A DNA stretch of 64,000 nt from Halorarum halobium (GTDB lineage: Archaea > Halobacteriota > Halobacteria > Halobacteriales > Haloferacaceae): assembly GCF_032116555.1 (NCBI RefSeq), contig NZ_CP134949.1, forward strand, positions 3,038,001 to 3,102,000. The letters are read 5' to 3'. How positions within the stretch are numbered: the stretch's first letter is position 1; the number at the start of each line of letters is the position of its first letter. Positions 29,342-38,478 of the stretch are shown piece by piece. The notes below the pieces were generated by a model that was given only the letters and a program-made list of their open reading frames with translations, made no database searches and was not told where the DNA came from. Both the position numbers and the translations under genes were made by a program.

Positions 29342-30534
29342 CAGCGGGTCACCTCCGCGTCCGCCGCGACGTTACCGTCGACGACTGCGCCCGGCCCGAC
29401 GCGCGCGCCGGGGCCGACGAGCGAGCCCGGGACGACGGTCGCGCCCCCGCCCAGATGCGCCCGGTCGGCGAGCACGCAGCCGAGCCGCCGATCCTCGTGG
29501 ATCCGCGTGCCGACGCGGACGTCGCTCGGGCCGGCCGGCACCGTCGCGCCGGCGCCGACGACCGCGCCCTGGCCAGTCACCGTGTCCGCCAGCGTCGCGT
29601 TCGCGCCGACGCGCGTGTCGTCGTCGACGACGCTCCGCCGGACGGTCGCGCCCGCCTCGACGGTCGCGTTCCGGCCGAGCGCCACGTCGGGGCCGACGAC
29701 CGCGCCGGGTTCGACGACCGCGTCGGGGCCGACGACGACCGGGGCGAACAGCGTCGCGTCGGGGTGGACGCGCGCGCTCTCGGCCAGGTACGCCCCGTCC
29801 CCGCGTTCGGGCTCGTCGACCAGCCCGCGTTCGAGCAGCCGACCGGCGAGTTCGAGCAGGTCCCACGGGTAGGTCACCTCCGAGCGGAGCCCGTCCGCGT
29901 GGACCCCCCGGACGTGGCCGCCGCGCTCGATGACGGCCGCGATGGCGTCCGTGAGCCCGAGTTCGCCGTCGGTCCGCGGCGTGGCCTCCAGATCGGAGAA
30001 GACGGAGGGGCCGAAGGCGTACACGCCGGCGTTCAGCAGCCGGTAACCGTCGCGGTCGGGCCGCTCGACCAGCTCGGTGACGGTGTCGCCGTCGAGGCCG
30101 ACCGCGCCGTACATCGGCGCCTCCTCGGACTCGACGACCGCCAGGGTCGCCACGTCCTCGGTGGTGTGGGCCGAGAGGACGGCGTCGATCATCTCGTTCG
30201 CGAGCACCTCGTCGCCGTTGACGACGAGGAAGTCCTCGTCGATGGTATCGCGGACCCGGAGGAGGGCGTGGCCGCTGCCGAGCTGCTTGCGCTGGACGTG
30301 GTAGGTGATCGGCCGGTCCCGGTAGGTCGAGCCGAAGTGGTTCTGGACCCGGTCGCGCTCGTAGCCGACGACGACGTGGAGGTCGTCGATGCCGGCGTTG
30401 ACGAGCGCGTCGAGCACGTACTCGAGGATCGGTCGGTTCGCGGCCGGAAGCATCGGTTTCGGCCGGTGACGGGTGAGCGGGCGGAGGCGCTGGCCCTCGC
30501 CCGCGGCGAGGACGACGGCGGAGTCGAGTTCCAT
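29341..30534 (-). CDS. Sugar-phosphate nucleotidyltransferase (GlmU paralogue)
   Basis: 'VLAAGEGQRLRPLTRHRPKPMLP', 'QLGSGHA', 'VVNGD' and left-handed hexapeptide repeats. Its stop codon overlaps the glmS ATG. Confidence 0.85.
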   Translation of the reverse strand: MELDSAVVLAAGEGQRLRPLTRHRPKPMLPAANRPILEYVLDALVNAGIDDLHVVVGYERDRVQNHFGSTYRDRPITYHVQRKQLGSGHALLRVRDTIDEDFLVVNGDEVLANEMIDAVLSAHTTEDVATLAVVESEEAPMYGAVGLDGDTVTELVERPDRDGYRLLNAGVYAFGPSVFSDLEATPRTDGELGLTDAIAAVIERGGHVRGVHADGLRSEVTYPWDLLELAGRLLERGLVDEPERGDGAYLAESARVHPDATLFAPVVVGPDAVVEPGAVVGPDVALGRNATVEAGATVRRSVVDDDTRVGANATLADTVTGQGAVVGAGATVPAGPSDVRVGTRIHEDRRLGCVLADRAHLGGGATVVPGSLVGPGARVGPGAVVDGNVAADAEVTR

Positions 30535-30602
30535 GGTGGGTTGTAAGGCGTAACGCGCGAACGTAAATTGTTCAGTCCGGATCGAAACTGACCGGTGCCG
30601 GG

Positions 30603-30758
30603 CTACTCGGCGTCGGCGGCGTCGGCGTTCTCGGCCTCGCGCCGCTCGCTGAGCGTCTCCCAGATCTCGGTGCAGCCGGCACCGTCCTCGACGTCCTGGA
30701 GGTGTGCGTCGTCGGCGTCGTCGTCGCTCTCGCCGGCCCGGGGCGTGGTGTTACTCAT
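30603..30758 (-). CDS. Small acidic protein (51 aa) with a 'DGAGCTEIWE' motif
   Basis: MSNTTPRAGESDDDADDAHLQDVEDGAGCTEIWETLSERREAENADAADAE, with haloarchaeal codon usage. Confidence 0.6.
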   Translation of the reverse strand: MSNTTPRAGESDDDADDAHLQDVEDGAGCTEIWETLSERREAENADAADAE

Positions 30759-30770
30759 CTTGCGAGTAAC
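30750..30770. promoter_or_regulatory. Palindromic operator GTTACTC-N7-GAGTAAC (TrmB-like motif)
   Basis: Perfect 7-bp arms overlapping the start codon of the small gene. It contains TACT-N8-GAGTA. Confidence 0.55.
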
Positions 30771-30900
30771 CACATGCCCGGGTGTCATGAATCTATCGGT
30801 GCGGGGTATCGGTGGTGATCTTTTCGGGTGGAATCGCGGTCGGGTTTGAATTCGGTTTGTGTGTCGCGTCCGGTCTCGTCTCGAGTATCGCGGCGACCAC

Positions 30901-31352
30901 CTCGAAATCCCCCGCGGCTGTCGGCTCCCGCGACCGCTGCTTCGCGCTTCGCGCTCCCTCCGGTCGCGCTTCAGTGCTTGCAGGGTCGGGGTTCGGCGAC
31001 GTACGGGAGAGCACGCTCTCCCGAATTCACGGGCGCAAGCGCCCGTGAACGCCGCGGCCCCTTTCAGTCCCACCTGACTGCACGGCACCGCGACCGTCCC
31101 GCACAGCCACACGCCTCCCCAGCCGATTCGTTCACTCGGCTCGCTTCGCTCGCCGTCGCTCTCTCATCCCTCGCGCGCGTCCGGCGGGCACTACCCGGGA
31201 CCTGCGATCCCGTGAGTTCACCCTCGCTCGCAGGCTCGCTCGCGTGAGCGACGCAGGAGCGAACGAGAACACGCGGGTCGAGCGAAGCAAGTCCCGCGAA
31301 GGCCGAGGAGCGCAACGGCCGCACCGAGTCGACAGCCGCGGGGACTTTCGAA
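30901..31352. repeat. MITE-like / palindromic intergenic element with 27-bp imperfect inverted ends
   Basis: 30901-30927 matches the reverse complement of 31326-31352 at 23/27. Internal perfect hairpins lie at 31004-31023 and 31026-31049, with runs of GCTCGC/GCTTCGC. No convincing ORF. Confidence 0.55.
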
Positions 31353-31458
31353 GCGTGCGTCACGAGATCTGAACCGACCGCCGAGACAATATCCCGCTTC
31401 GTCTCTCCCCGCCCACACACCACCCGACGTTAAGCCCGTGGCACCCACAGCCGACCCC

Positions 31459-32319
31459 ATGGACGGCGAGCGCGACCCCGGCGACCTCCTCGAAACGCTC
31501 GAACTCACCGAGTACGAGGAGCGCGCCCTCGAACGGCTCATCGAACTCGGACGCACGACGGCCCCCGACCTCTCGGAGGCCACCGGCGTCCCGAAGGCGC
31601 GGATCTACGGCGTGCTCGACGAACTCGCGGACGCCGGCTACGTCAAGGTTATTCCGGGACGGCCCAAGCAGTACCAGCCGAAATCGCCCGACGACATCCT
31701 CGACCGCGCGATCGAGAACCGCCGGCAGTCCTATGAGACGTACCGGAGCGACGTCGAGGAGATCCGCGAGTCGTTCCTCGCGGCGTTCGGCCCGCTGTAC
31801 GACCGGGCGAGCGAGGACATCTCCCCGACCGAGGAGCTGTTCCACGTCGTCGACGTCGGCGAGCCGAGCGAGCGGGAGACCCGGTCGCTCTACGGCGGGG
31901 CCGACGAGCGCGTCCACGTGCTCACCAAGAGCTTCGAGTACTTCGACTCCATCGAGCCGGCGTTCGCGGACGCCTACGAGCGCGGCTGTGAGCTCCGCGT
32001 GCTGTTTCTCGACCCCGAGTTCCTCGCCGGGGACAACGCCGCCGTCCAGGAGCGAACGGTCGAGTACCTGCGTTCCGAGTACCCCGACGTCGCCAGCCGC
32101 TTCAGCGCGACCCGCCTGCCGTGGCGCGGCACCGTCGCGGACCCGAGCCTGGAGTACGACTCCGGGGAGGCGGTGCTGCTCGTCGAGGAGGAGGACATCC
32201 CGCTGCACAAGCGCCAGGCCGCCGTGACCGAGAACGCCTCCTTCGTCGCGGGACTGGAGCGGTACTTCGACCTGACGTGGGAGTACGACACGCTGGAGTC
32301 GGACCCGTACGAGGGGTAA
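31459..32319 (+). CDS. TrmB family transcriptional regulator
   Basis: 'LTEYEERAL..L...G.TTAPDLSEATGVPKARIYGVLDELADAGYV...GRPKQY.P.SP'. Start set at ATG 31459. Confidence 0.9.
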   Translation: MDGERDPGDLLETLELTEYEERALERLIELGRTTAPDLSEATGVPKARIYGVLDELADAGYVKVIPGRPKQYQPKSPDDILDRAIENRRQSYETYRSDVEEIRESFLAAFGPLYDRASEDISPTEELFHVVDVGEPSERETRSLYGGADERVHVLTKSFEYFDSIEPAFADAYERGCELRVLFLDPEFLAGDNAAVQERTVEYLRSEYPDVASRFSATRLPWRGTVADPSLEYDSGEAVLLVEEEDIPLHKRQAAVTENASFVAGLERYFDLTWEYDTLESDPYEG

Positions 32320-32528
32320 CACAATCGTACCCCGCCACCTCCCGTTCGGCAAGTCGTCGTGGAGCCGACGGCGATTGTCGCCAAACGGGGAAGAACGTGG
32401 CCCGGAACCGACAGTCCAGGTCCCCTACCCTAGTCGAACTGCGGCTTACGGGAGCCGGTTCGAGTGCCGAGAACGGCAAATCGCGGTAGCAATCGGATTA
32501 CTTTGTTTGTGGGATGCTAGCACGTGGC

Positions 32529-33296
32529 ATGCGAAGACGCGAGTACCTCCTCGGCTCGGCCCTGTTTGCCGTCGGGTTGAGCGGATGCACGACGACTGCT
32601 GACCGACGGACGATGTTTCAACAGTCGGCCACCACGGCCGGAACCGATCAGGCCACCGGCACGTCGACGGCCGACGGAAGTGGAACGGAAGCGTCTCCCA
32701 CGGGCGAGGCCGACGGTGAACCAGTAATCGAGCTCGGCGAAAGCGAACTCGTCGTCGACGAGTCGAGGTTCAGCACGGACGTCTATGTGAGCGTCGCCGT
32801 CGAAAACGTCGGCGCTGGCCACTCCGGCACCCTCGAGGTCGTCGCGGATTGGTACAACGACGCGGGGGAGTACATGGGGAACGACTCCGCGTTCCTGAAC
32901 TCGCTGGGCCCAGGAGAGATCTGGGCCGCACGCGTCTACTACCTCGGGGGCAGTGGAGAGGAGGTGAACGACTACGAGGTGGCTGGAGAGTACAACGTCG
33001 AGCCTCCCGACATGAATCCGGACGGCCTCAGTTTGCTTGAGAGCGAGCTTCAGGTCGGGGAGGACGAGGCGGTAGTCTCCGGGCGGGTGGAGAACCGGCG
33101 AACGGAACCCGTCTCATACATCGAAGCAACGGCGAAACTCTACGACGCAGAGGGTGTGGTCCTTGGCGACGAGTGGACCAACGTGACCGACGTCCCAGCG
33201 GGGGAAGTGTGGGCGTTCGAACTCACGTGGCTCGCTTTCGGACGAGCCCAGGACGTCGCAGAGCATTCGATGTGGCTCGAGGATTCGGCCCTGTGA
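32529..33296 (+). CDS. FxLYD-domain lipoprotein (two Ig-like domains)
   Basis: 'MRRREYLLG...LSGC' signal and lipobox, 'WYNDAGEYMG', 'KLYDAEGVVLG', 'PAGEVWAFEL'. Codon usage is visibly more AT-rich than the neighbours. Confidence 0.75.
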   Translation: MRRREYLLGSALFAVGLSGCTTTADRRTMFQQSATTAGTDQATGTSTADGSGTEASPTGEADGEPVIELGESELVVDESRFSTDVYVSVAVENVGAGHSGTLEVVADWYNDAGEYMGNDSAFLNSLGPGEIWAARVYYLGGSGEEVNDYEVAGEYNVEPPDMNPDGLSLLESELQVGEDEAVVSGRVENRRTEPVSYIEATAKLYDAEGVVLGDEWTNVTDVPAGEVWAFELTWLAFGRAQDVAEHSMWLEDSAL

Positions 33297-33389
33297 AATC
33301 GTCCGGATTGGTAGTCGAGCACGACGGAAGCCCAGGCTATCGAAATCCGCACTTGGAGTAGTGACGTCCCGTCGTCGGGGACAGGTGAG

Positions 33390-34370
33390 TTACTCGTCTT
33401 TCGCTCGCAACAGTTCGCGGACCGAATCCTCCACGCCGTACTCAGGCTCCCACCCGAGCGTCTCTCGCGCCTCGGAGATGTCCACCTCGAACGAGTCCAC
33501 CAGCGTCTCGGCGCTCCGCGGGTTCTCGACCAGTTTCACCTCGGGTTCCGTCCCGAGCTCCTCGCCGGCCAGCCGCCGGACCAGCTCCGCGACGGCCATC
33601 ACGCCCGGGTCCTCCTCGGAGGCGATCTCGTACTTCTCGACGCCCGTCTCGCCGGCCTCCAGTTGCTCGAACAGCCGTTCGGCGCTCCGGACGTACGCGC
33701 GGGCCACGTCCTTGACGTGGATGTAGTTGCGGGCCTGCGTGCCCGGCTCGTACACTGTCAGCGGCTCGCCGGCGAGCGCGCGGCTCACGAAGAAGTTGAT
33801 GACCGTCCCCTTCGAGACGCGCCGGCCGCCGATCTCGTGTTCGCCGTACAGGTTCGACTTGAGGTAGAGGTGGGCCGGGAACGCGCCGGCCGCGAAGTCC
33901 TCGATGGCGTGCTCGGAGAGCACCTTCGTCCGGCCGTACCAGTTCATCGGGTCCCGCCCGTCCGCGGCCGAGATGGGGAACGACTCGGGATCACCGAGCA
34001 CCGCCATGCTGAACGGGAACACCAGCGCGGCGCCGGTCTTCCGGCAGAACCAGGCGACGTTGTTCGTCCCCGTGACGTTCACGTCGTAGGCCCGATCCGG
34101 GTTCTCCTCGCAGTCGTCGACGCCGCTGACGGCCGCGAGGTGACAGACCACGTCCGCGCCCGAGAGCGTCTCCTCCAGTTCGGGCCGGTTGCGGACGTCG
34201 ACGTGCCGGACGGTGACGTCCTCGATCTCGCGGACCTCGCCGAGATAGAAGTTGTCGAGCGCGGTGACCGTCCAGTCGGGGTGCTGCTCGCGGAGCAGTT
34301 TCACCACGCGGCTGCCGATGAAGCCGGCCGCGCCAGTGACCGCGACGGTGCGGGAGTCGTCGGTCGTCAT
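33390..34370 (-). CDS. NAD-dependent epimerase/dehydratase (extended SDR)
   Basis: 'VTGAAGFIGS', 'HLAA', 'YGRTK', 'NLYG', 'QARNYIHVKDVA'. Confidence 0.9.
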   Translation of the reverse strand: MTTDDSRTVAVTGAAGFIGSRVVKLLREQHPDWTVTALDNFYLGEVREIEDVTVRHVDVRNRPELEETLSGADVVCHLAAVSGVDDCEENPDRAYDVNVTGTNNVAWFCRKTGAALVFPFSMAVLGDPESFPISAADGRDPMNWYGRTKVLSEHAIEDFAAGAFPAHLYLKSNLYGEHEIGGRRVSKGTVINFFVSRALAGEPLTVYEPGTQARNYIHVKDVARAYVRSAERLFEQLEAGETGVEKYEIASEEDPGVMAVAELVRRLAGEELGTEPEVKLVENPRSAETLVDSFEVDISEARETLGWEPEYGVEDSVRELLRAKDE

Positions 34371-34463
34371 GGTCGTACGCCCGTCGTGGGGCGGGAAATA
34401 GCCGCCGCTTCCTCGTCGAGAGTGAAAGAGAACACTATCGACGAAGGCCGCACTGGTGGTGGT

Positions 34464-34868
34464 TCACCAGACGGTCTCGACGTTCCCGTCCTCGAACGCG
34501 CCGTCGGTCGTGATGACCGCTTCCGTGGTATGTGCCCGATGGCTCGCAATCACGAGTCCGTCGTGAAGCCCGAAGCAGTCGGCGATCCGTCCGTACTCCC
34601 TGAGCACTTCGCCCGTATCGGGTGGCGTCGTGACGGGGCCGTTCGCGAGGAGCGCTTGCTGTGTCGCTTCCGGCGTTCCGACGAGGTCGATTCCCCTGAC
34701 TGTCTTGTCACGAGCGACCGCGTAGAGTGTTTCCGCGACCGTCGTCGGCGGTGCGTGGATGATCGCTTCGCCCGCCTCGGCCTCGGCGAACAACCGGTCG
34801 GCGCGTCGAGGGAGTGCGTCGACGAGGTACGTCAGCAACGCGACCGCATCAGCGGTGTAGGCCCGCAC
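34464..34868 (-). CDS. PIN-domain (VapC-like) toxin
   Basis: 'YTADAVALL', 'TVAETLY', 'GLHDGLVIA', 'VITTD..F'. GTG start 3 nt after the antitoxin stop. Confidence 0.75.
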   Translation of the reverse strand: MRAYTADAVALLTYLVDALPRRADRLFAEAEAGEAIIHAPPTTVAETLYAVARDKTVRGIDLVGTPEATQQALLANGPVTTPPDTGEVLREYGRIADCFGLHDGLVIASHRAHTTEAVITTDGAFEDGNVETVW

Positions 34869-34871
34869 GCG

Positions 34872-35132
34872 TTACACCTCGTCGTAGTTACGCTCGCGGC
34901 GTTCACGGAGACTGTCACGCAGTTCGGCCGCGACCGCATCCCGTTCGGACTCGGAAGCATCGTCCGGCAGGAGCATCCCACGCGCATCGGTCTTGGTCCG
35001 TTTCTTGACGAGGATTCCGCTCTCGGTTTCCACCCAGAGCACCTCATCGCCCGGCTCCAGTCCGTATCGTTCACGGAGCGATTTCGGTATCGTCGCCTGT
35101 CCCTTCTCCGTGATTCGGGTCGCCTCGCTCAT
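34872..35132 (-). CDS. AbrB/MazE/SpoVT-family antitoxin
   Basis: 'ITEKGQATIPKSLRERYGLEPGDEV'. Confidence 0.9.
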   Translation of the reverse strand: MSEATRITEKGQATIPKSLRERYGLEPGDEVLWVETESGILVKKRTKTDARGMLLPDDASESERDAVAAELRDSLRERRERNYDEV

Positions 35133-35136
35133 ATGG

Positions 35137-35157
35137 AGTAATACTTCCGGTATTACT
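35137..35157. promoter_or_regulatory. Probable autoregulatory operator of the AbrB-VapC pair
   Basis: Perfect inverted repeat AGTAATAC-ttccg-GTATTACT between a TTTTAA-like box and the ATG at 35132. Confidence 0.65.
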
Positions 35158-35189
35158 TAAAACGTTTCTGGGCCGGGAGCCAAATTGTA

Positions 35190-36131
35190 TCACGCACTGT
35201 CGAACCGGTCGGCGAGGTCGCGAATGCCCTCGGTTAGCGTGTGTTCCGGCTCGAAGCCCGTGTCCGCCAGCCGGTCGAAGTTGACGTGATAGGAGGGGCC
35301 CGGATGCTCCTCCTCGAGGTAGGTGACGTCCAGGTCGCGGTCGAGTTCCGCCCGAACCGCCTCGGCGATCTCCTCGATGCGGTAGTTCTCGTCGTTGTCG
35401 CCGACGTTGTAGACGAGGTCGTCCCAGGCGTCCGGGTCGAGCGCGGCGTCGGCGTAGGCGTTCGCCGCGTCGGTGACGTGGATGAACGGCCGCCAGTTGG
35501 AGCCGTCGCCGTACACCGTGAGCGGCCGGCCGGTGAGCGCCCGGAAGACGAAGTGGTTCACGACGAGGTTGAAGCGGACGCCCGGCGAGTAGCCGTAGTT
35601 CGTGCTCATCCGGAGCGCCGTGCCCGCGAACCCGTACCGCTCGCTCGCCTCGCGGAGCAGGGACTCGGCCTCGTACTTCGACTCGGCGTAAGGGTTGAGC
35701 GGGTCGGGCTCGACCGTCTCGTCGATGTCCTCGACGGCCGCGCGGCCGTAGATGTTACACGAGGAGGCGAACACGACGTTCGAGACGTCGAGCTTGCCGG
35801 CCGCGAGGAACACGTTCTCGGTCGCCTCGTGGTTGACGCGGAACGTCTCCTCGCGCCGGTCGTGAGTCGAGTCGGCACCCGTGATGGCAGCGAGGTGGAT
35901 CACCGCGTCGACGCCCCGCATCGCGGACTCGACGTCGCCGTACTCGGTGATGTCGCCGCGGCGGAACCGCACGGAGTCGTCGCCGCCGAGCCCGCTCCCC
36001 ATCAGGTTCCGCGGCGACGACATCGAGAGGTCGTCGAGGACGGTCACGCGGGAGACGCGGTCGTCGGCCCGGAGGAGCGGGACGAGCGCGCTGCCGATGT
36101 AGCCGCAGCCGCCGGTGACGAGGACGTGCAT
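35190..36131 (-). CDS. NAD-dependent epimerase/dehydratase (extended SDR)
   Basis: 'VLVTGGCGYIGS', 'ASSCNIYG', 'YAESK', 'RFNLVVN', 'WRPFIHVTD'. Start set at ATG 36131. Confidence 0.9.
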   Translation of the reverse strand: MHVLVTGGCGYIGSALVPLLRADDRVSRVTVLDDLSMSSPRNLMGSGLGGDDSVRFRRGDITEYGDVESAMRGVDAVIHLAAITGADSTHDRREETFRVNHEATENVFLAAGKLDVSNVVFASSCNIYGRAAVEDIDETVEPDPLNPYAESKYEAESLLREASERYGFAGTALRMSTNYGYSPGVRFNLVVNHFVFRALTGRPLTVYGDGSNWRPFIHVTDAANAYADAALDPDAWDDLVYNVGDNDENYRIEEIAEAVRAELDRDLDVTYLEEEHPGPSYHVNFDRLADTGFEPEHTLTEGIRDLADRFDSA

Positions 36132-36222
36132 GGCGGCACGGAACGGGCGGAGAACACTAAACGGCCCGGTTTGAGGACGTGGAAGGCCTCGAGAGCGGAA
36201 CCGCACGGTCCGGAGCGCCGAG

Positions 36223-36522
36223 CTACTGCATCGACACGTACGTGAGCGCCGCCAGGGCGACGAACTGGAGCGCGCGCATCACGAGCACCGTCATCTGCGA
36301 GGCGGGCGTGGCGGCGTACAGCATGCTCGAACTGAAGAAGAAGCCGATGGCGACGAGGTTCTCCACGAGCAGGACCGCGGCGAACGTCAACAGCCCCAGC
36401 GTCAGCGGCGTCCGGAACTCGCGGTAGTTCCGCCACCAGACCGCGACGAGCGCGGCCAGCAGCAGGACGTTCAGCCCGGAGAGGGCGCTTGCGACCGTCA
36501 GATAGGGTGTCATCGTTGCCAT
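36223..36522 (-). CDS. Small three-TM membrane protein
   Basis: 99 aa with three hydrophobic segments ('VWWRNYREFRT..TLGL', 'LLVENL'), 1 nt after the HTH gene. Confidence 0.75.
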   Translation of the reverse strand: MATMTPYLTVASALSGLNVLLLAALVAVWWRNYREFRTPLTLGLLTFAAVLLVENLVAIGFFFSSSMLYAATPASQMTVLVMRALQFVALAALTYVSMQ

Positions 36523-36523
36523 G

Positions 36524-36796
36524 TCAGACGTGCTCCGTGATCTCCTCGAACTCCGCCCGGTGGCGCTCGAACCGGTCGGTGAGGAAGTACAGTTTGCCGT
36601 ACTGCTGGTCCCCGCTCTCGATCACGCCGTGGTCCTCCAGCATGTCGAGGTGGTGTCGAACCGAGTTGTAGTCGATGTCGAGCTCCCCGGTGAGCTGGTT
36701 CGCGTTGTGCGGCCGCTCGTCGAGCAGGCGGATGATCGCCGCCCGGTTGGTGCCCCCGCGCGTGCCGGCCAGCAGGTACCAGAGTGCCTTCTCCAT
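36524..36796 (-). CDS. ArsR-like winged-HTH regulator
   Basis: 'LWYLLAGTRGGTNR..II.LL.ERP.NANQL...L.IDY..VRHHL..L'. Confidence 0.85.
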   Translation of the reverse strand: MEKALWYLLAGTRGGTNRAAIIRLLDERPHNANQLTGELDIDYNSVRHHLDMLEDHGVIESGDQQYGKLYFLTDRFERHRAEFEEITEHV

Positions 36797-36909
36797 CGCG
36801 CGTCGTCTCGCTTACCTCCCCGTCCACTGATGGGAAAACGCTTCGCCTTCCGAGGGGGGCGACCCGTCCCGTCCACCCGCGGCCGCAAACTGGCTGGGAA
36901 CACGGGCGC

Positions 36910-38478
36910 TCACAGCGACGACGGGTCGACCGTCGCCGACACCCAGCCGCTCGGCCCGCTGGGAAACGCCCGTGACTCCTCCCGCGGCTGGACGGTCCCG
37001 TCGGCCTCGACGGCCCGGACGACGGCCTCGTGGCTCCCGTCGGGCGGGTCGTACCGGTGGGCCCACTGTCGCCACACGTCCTCGCCCGGGAGCGGCTCCG
37101 AGAGGTCCGCCTCGGTCCACGTCCCGCCGCCGTCGGTCGACACCTCGACGCGATCGATCCCGCGCGTCCCGGCGTAGGCCGCGCCCGCGAGTTCGACGCG
37201 GCCGTCCGCGAGCCGGTTGCGGACCCAGAGCTTGGCGACGGTGTTGACCGGTCCGGTGCCGTGCCAGCCGCGCTTCTCCCAGTACCCCTCGGCCTCGCCG
37301 TCGAGCACCTCGACCTCCGTGAGCCACTTCACGTTGATCTCGCCCCAGTGGCCCGGAATCAACGCCCGCGCCGGCGCGCCGTGGCCGCGCGGGAGCGGCC
37401 CGCCGTTCATCCCGACCGCGAGGAACCCGCCCTCGCGCAGCGCCGCGATGGGGAACTCCTCGAAGAAGCCGTCCTCGGCCCGGAGCATCACGTACTCGCC
37501 CTCAGGGTCGGCCTGCTCGACCAGGTCGGCGAGCGAGACGCCGGTCCAGAGCGCGTTGTCGAGTTTGTTGCCGTTCAGCCCCTCGCCGACGCAGCGGAGC
37601 GAGACGAACCGGTGCTCGTGTTCCATCGCGTCGACGTCCGCGAAGGTGAACTCCGTCTCCGACCCGACCGCGCCGTGGACGCGGAGCGACCAGTCCTCGC
37701 GGGAGAGGTCCGGGTCGACGTTCGCCACGTCGACGGTGTAAAAGGAGTCGCTCACGAGCGGCTCCAGCCCGGCGACGTCGAGCGACTTCTCCTCGGCTTC
37801 GGCGAGCAACGCTGCAACCTCGTCCGACGACGAGGACGCAGAGCCATCGGCGGAGTCCATGGAATCGGTTTCGGCCGACGTGGACACGCCGAGCGTACTC
37901 GCGACTGACCGTCCGCCTGCGCCCAGCAGGCCGACGCCGAGTGCCGCGGCGACGCTCGCGAGCACGGACCGTCGCGCGGCGTTCGGTGTCCCATCCGCGC
38001 TCCGATCGTCTCCGTCCCGCTGTCCGCCCCGTACCGCGGTGAGGACGGCAGGAGCGGCGACCACGACGGCGGCACCGACCCCCGCGGCGGCGGCAGAGCG
38101 CGGCGAGTCGACGAGCGCGAACCCAAACAGGGCGACGCCCAGCCCCGCGACGGCCGGCGGCCCGGCCCGGTGGCCCACGCGTCCTCCGAGCCACAGTCCG
38201 AGTCCGGCGACGAGCGCGAGCAGGAACGCCGCGGTCGCCAGCCCGCCCGCGAACGCCAACTGGCTGCCCAGGCTGCCGAGAGTCGTGATGGCGACCGTGA
38301 CGACGGTCCCGGGCGTGAGCCGCACCACCTCGTTCGCGATGGGCGCGCCGACGAACGCCGGCGTGATACCGACCGCGGCGTAGGAGGCCACGAGCCCCGC
38401 GACTCCGGCGCTCAGGGCGACGACTGCGGAACCCACCTCGGTCGAAACCGACCCGAACCGCTCACGAACGGGGGTCAT
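36910..38478 (-). CDS. Membrane-anchored molybdopterin-dependent oxidoreductase (sulfite oxidase family)
   Basis: N-terminal TM helices, Mo-ligand region 'LRCVGE', 'NALWTGVSL', 'HGAPARALIPGHWGEINVKWL', 'GYWEKRGW', and a C-terminal dimerisation-type domain 'RVEVSTDGGGTW'. Start set at ATG 38478, overlapping the upstream stop. Confidence 0.85.
   Translation of the reverse strand: MTPVRERFGSVSTEVGSAVVALSAGVAGLVASYAAVGITPAFVGAPIANEVVRLTPGTVVTVAITTLGSLGSQLAFAGGLATAAFLLALVAGLGLWLGGRVGHRAGPPAVAGLGVALFGFALVDSPRSAAAAGVGAAVVVAAPAVLTAVRGGQRDGDDRSADGTPNAARRSVLASVAAALGVGLLGAGGRSVASTLGVSTSAETDSMDSADGSASSSSDEVAALLAEAEEKSLDVAGLEPLVSDSFYTVDVANVDPDLSREDWSLRVHGAVGSETEFTFADVDAMEHEHRFVSLRCVGEGLNGNKLDNALWTGVSLADLVEQADPEGEYVMLRAEDGFFEEFPIAALREGGFLAVGMNGGPLPRGHGAPARALIPGHWGEINVKWLTEVEVLDGEAEGYWEKRGWHGTGPVNTVAKLWVRNRLADGRVELAGAAYAGTRGIDRVEVSTDGGGTWTEADLSEPLPGEDVWRQWAHRYDPPDGSHEAVVRAVEADGTVQPREESRAFPSGPSGWVSATVDPSSL

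Noticed and set aside
32450..32475. GGTTCGAGT as a possible tRNA T-loop
   Set aside because: No paired T stem, acceptor stem or D arm could be built around it.
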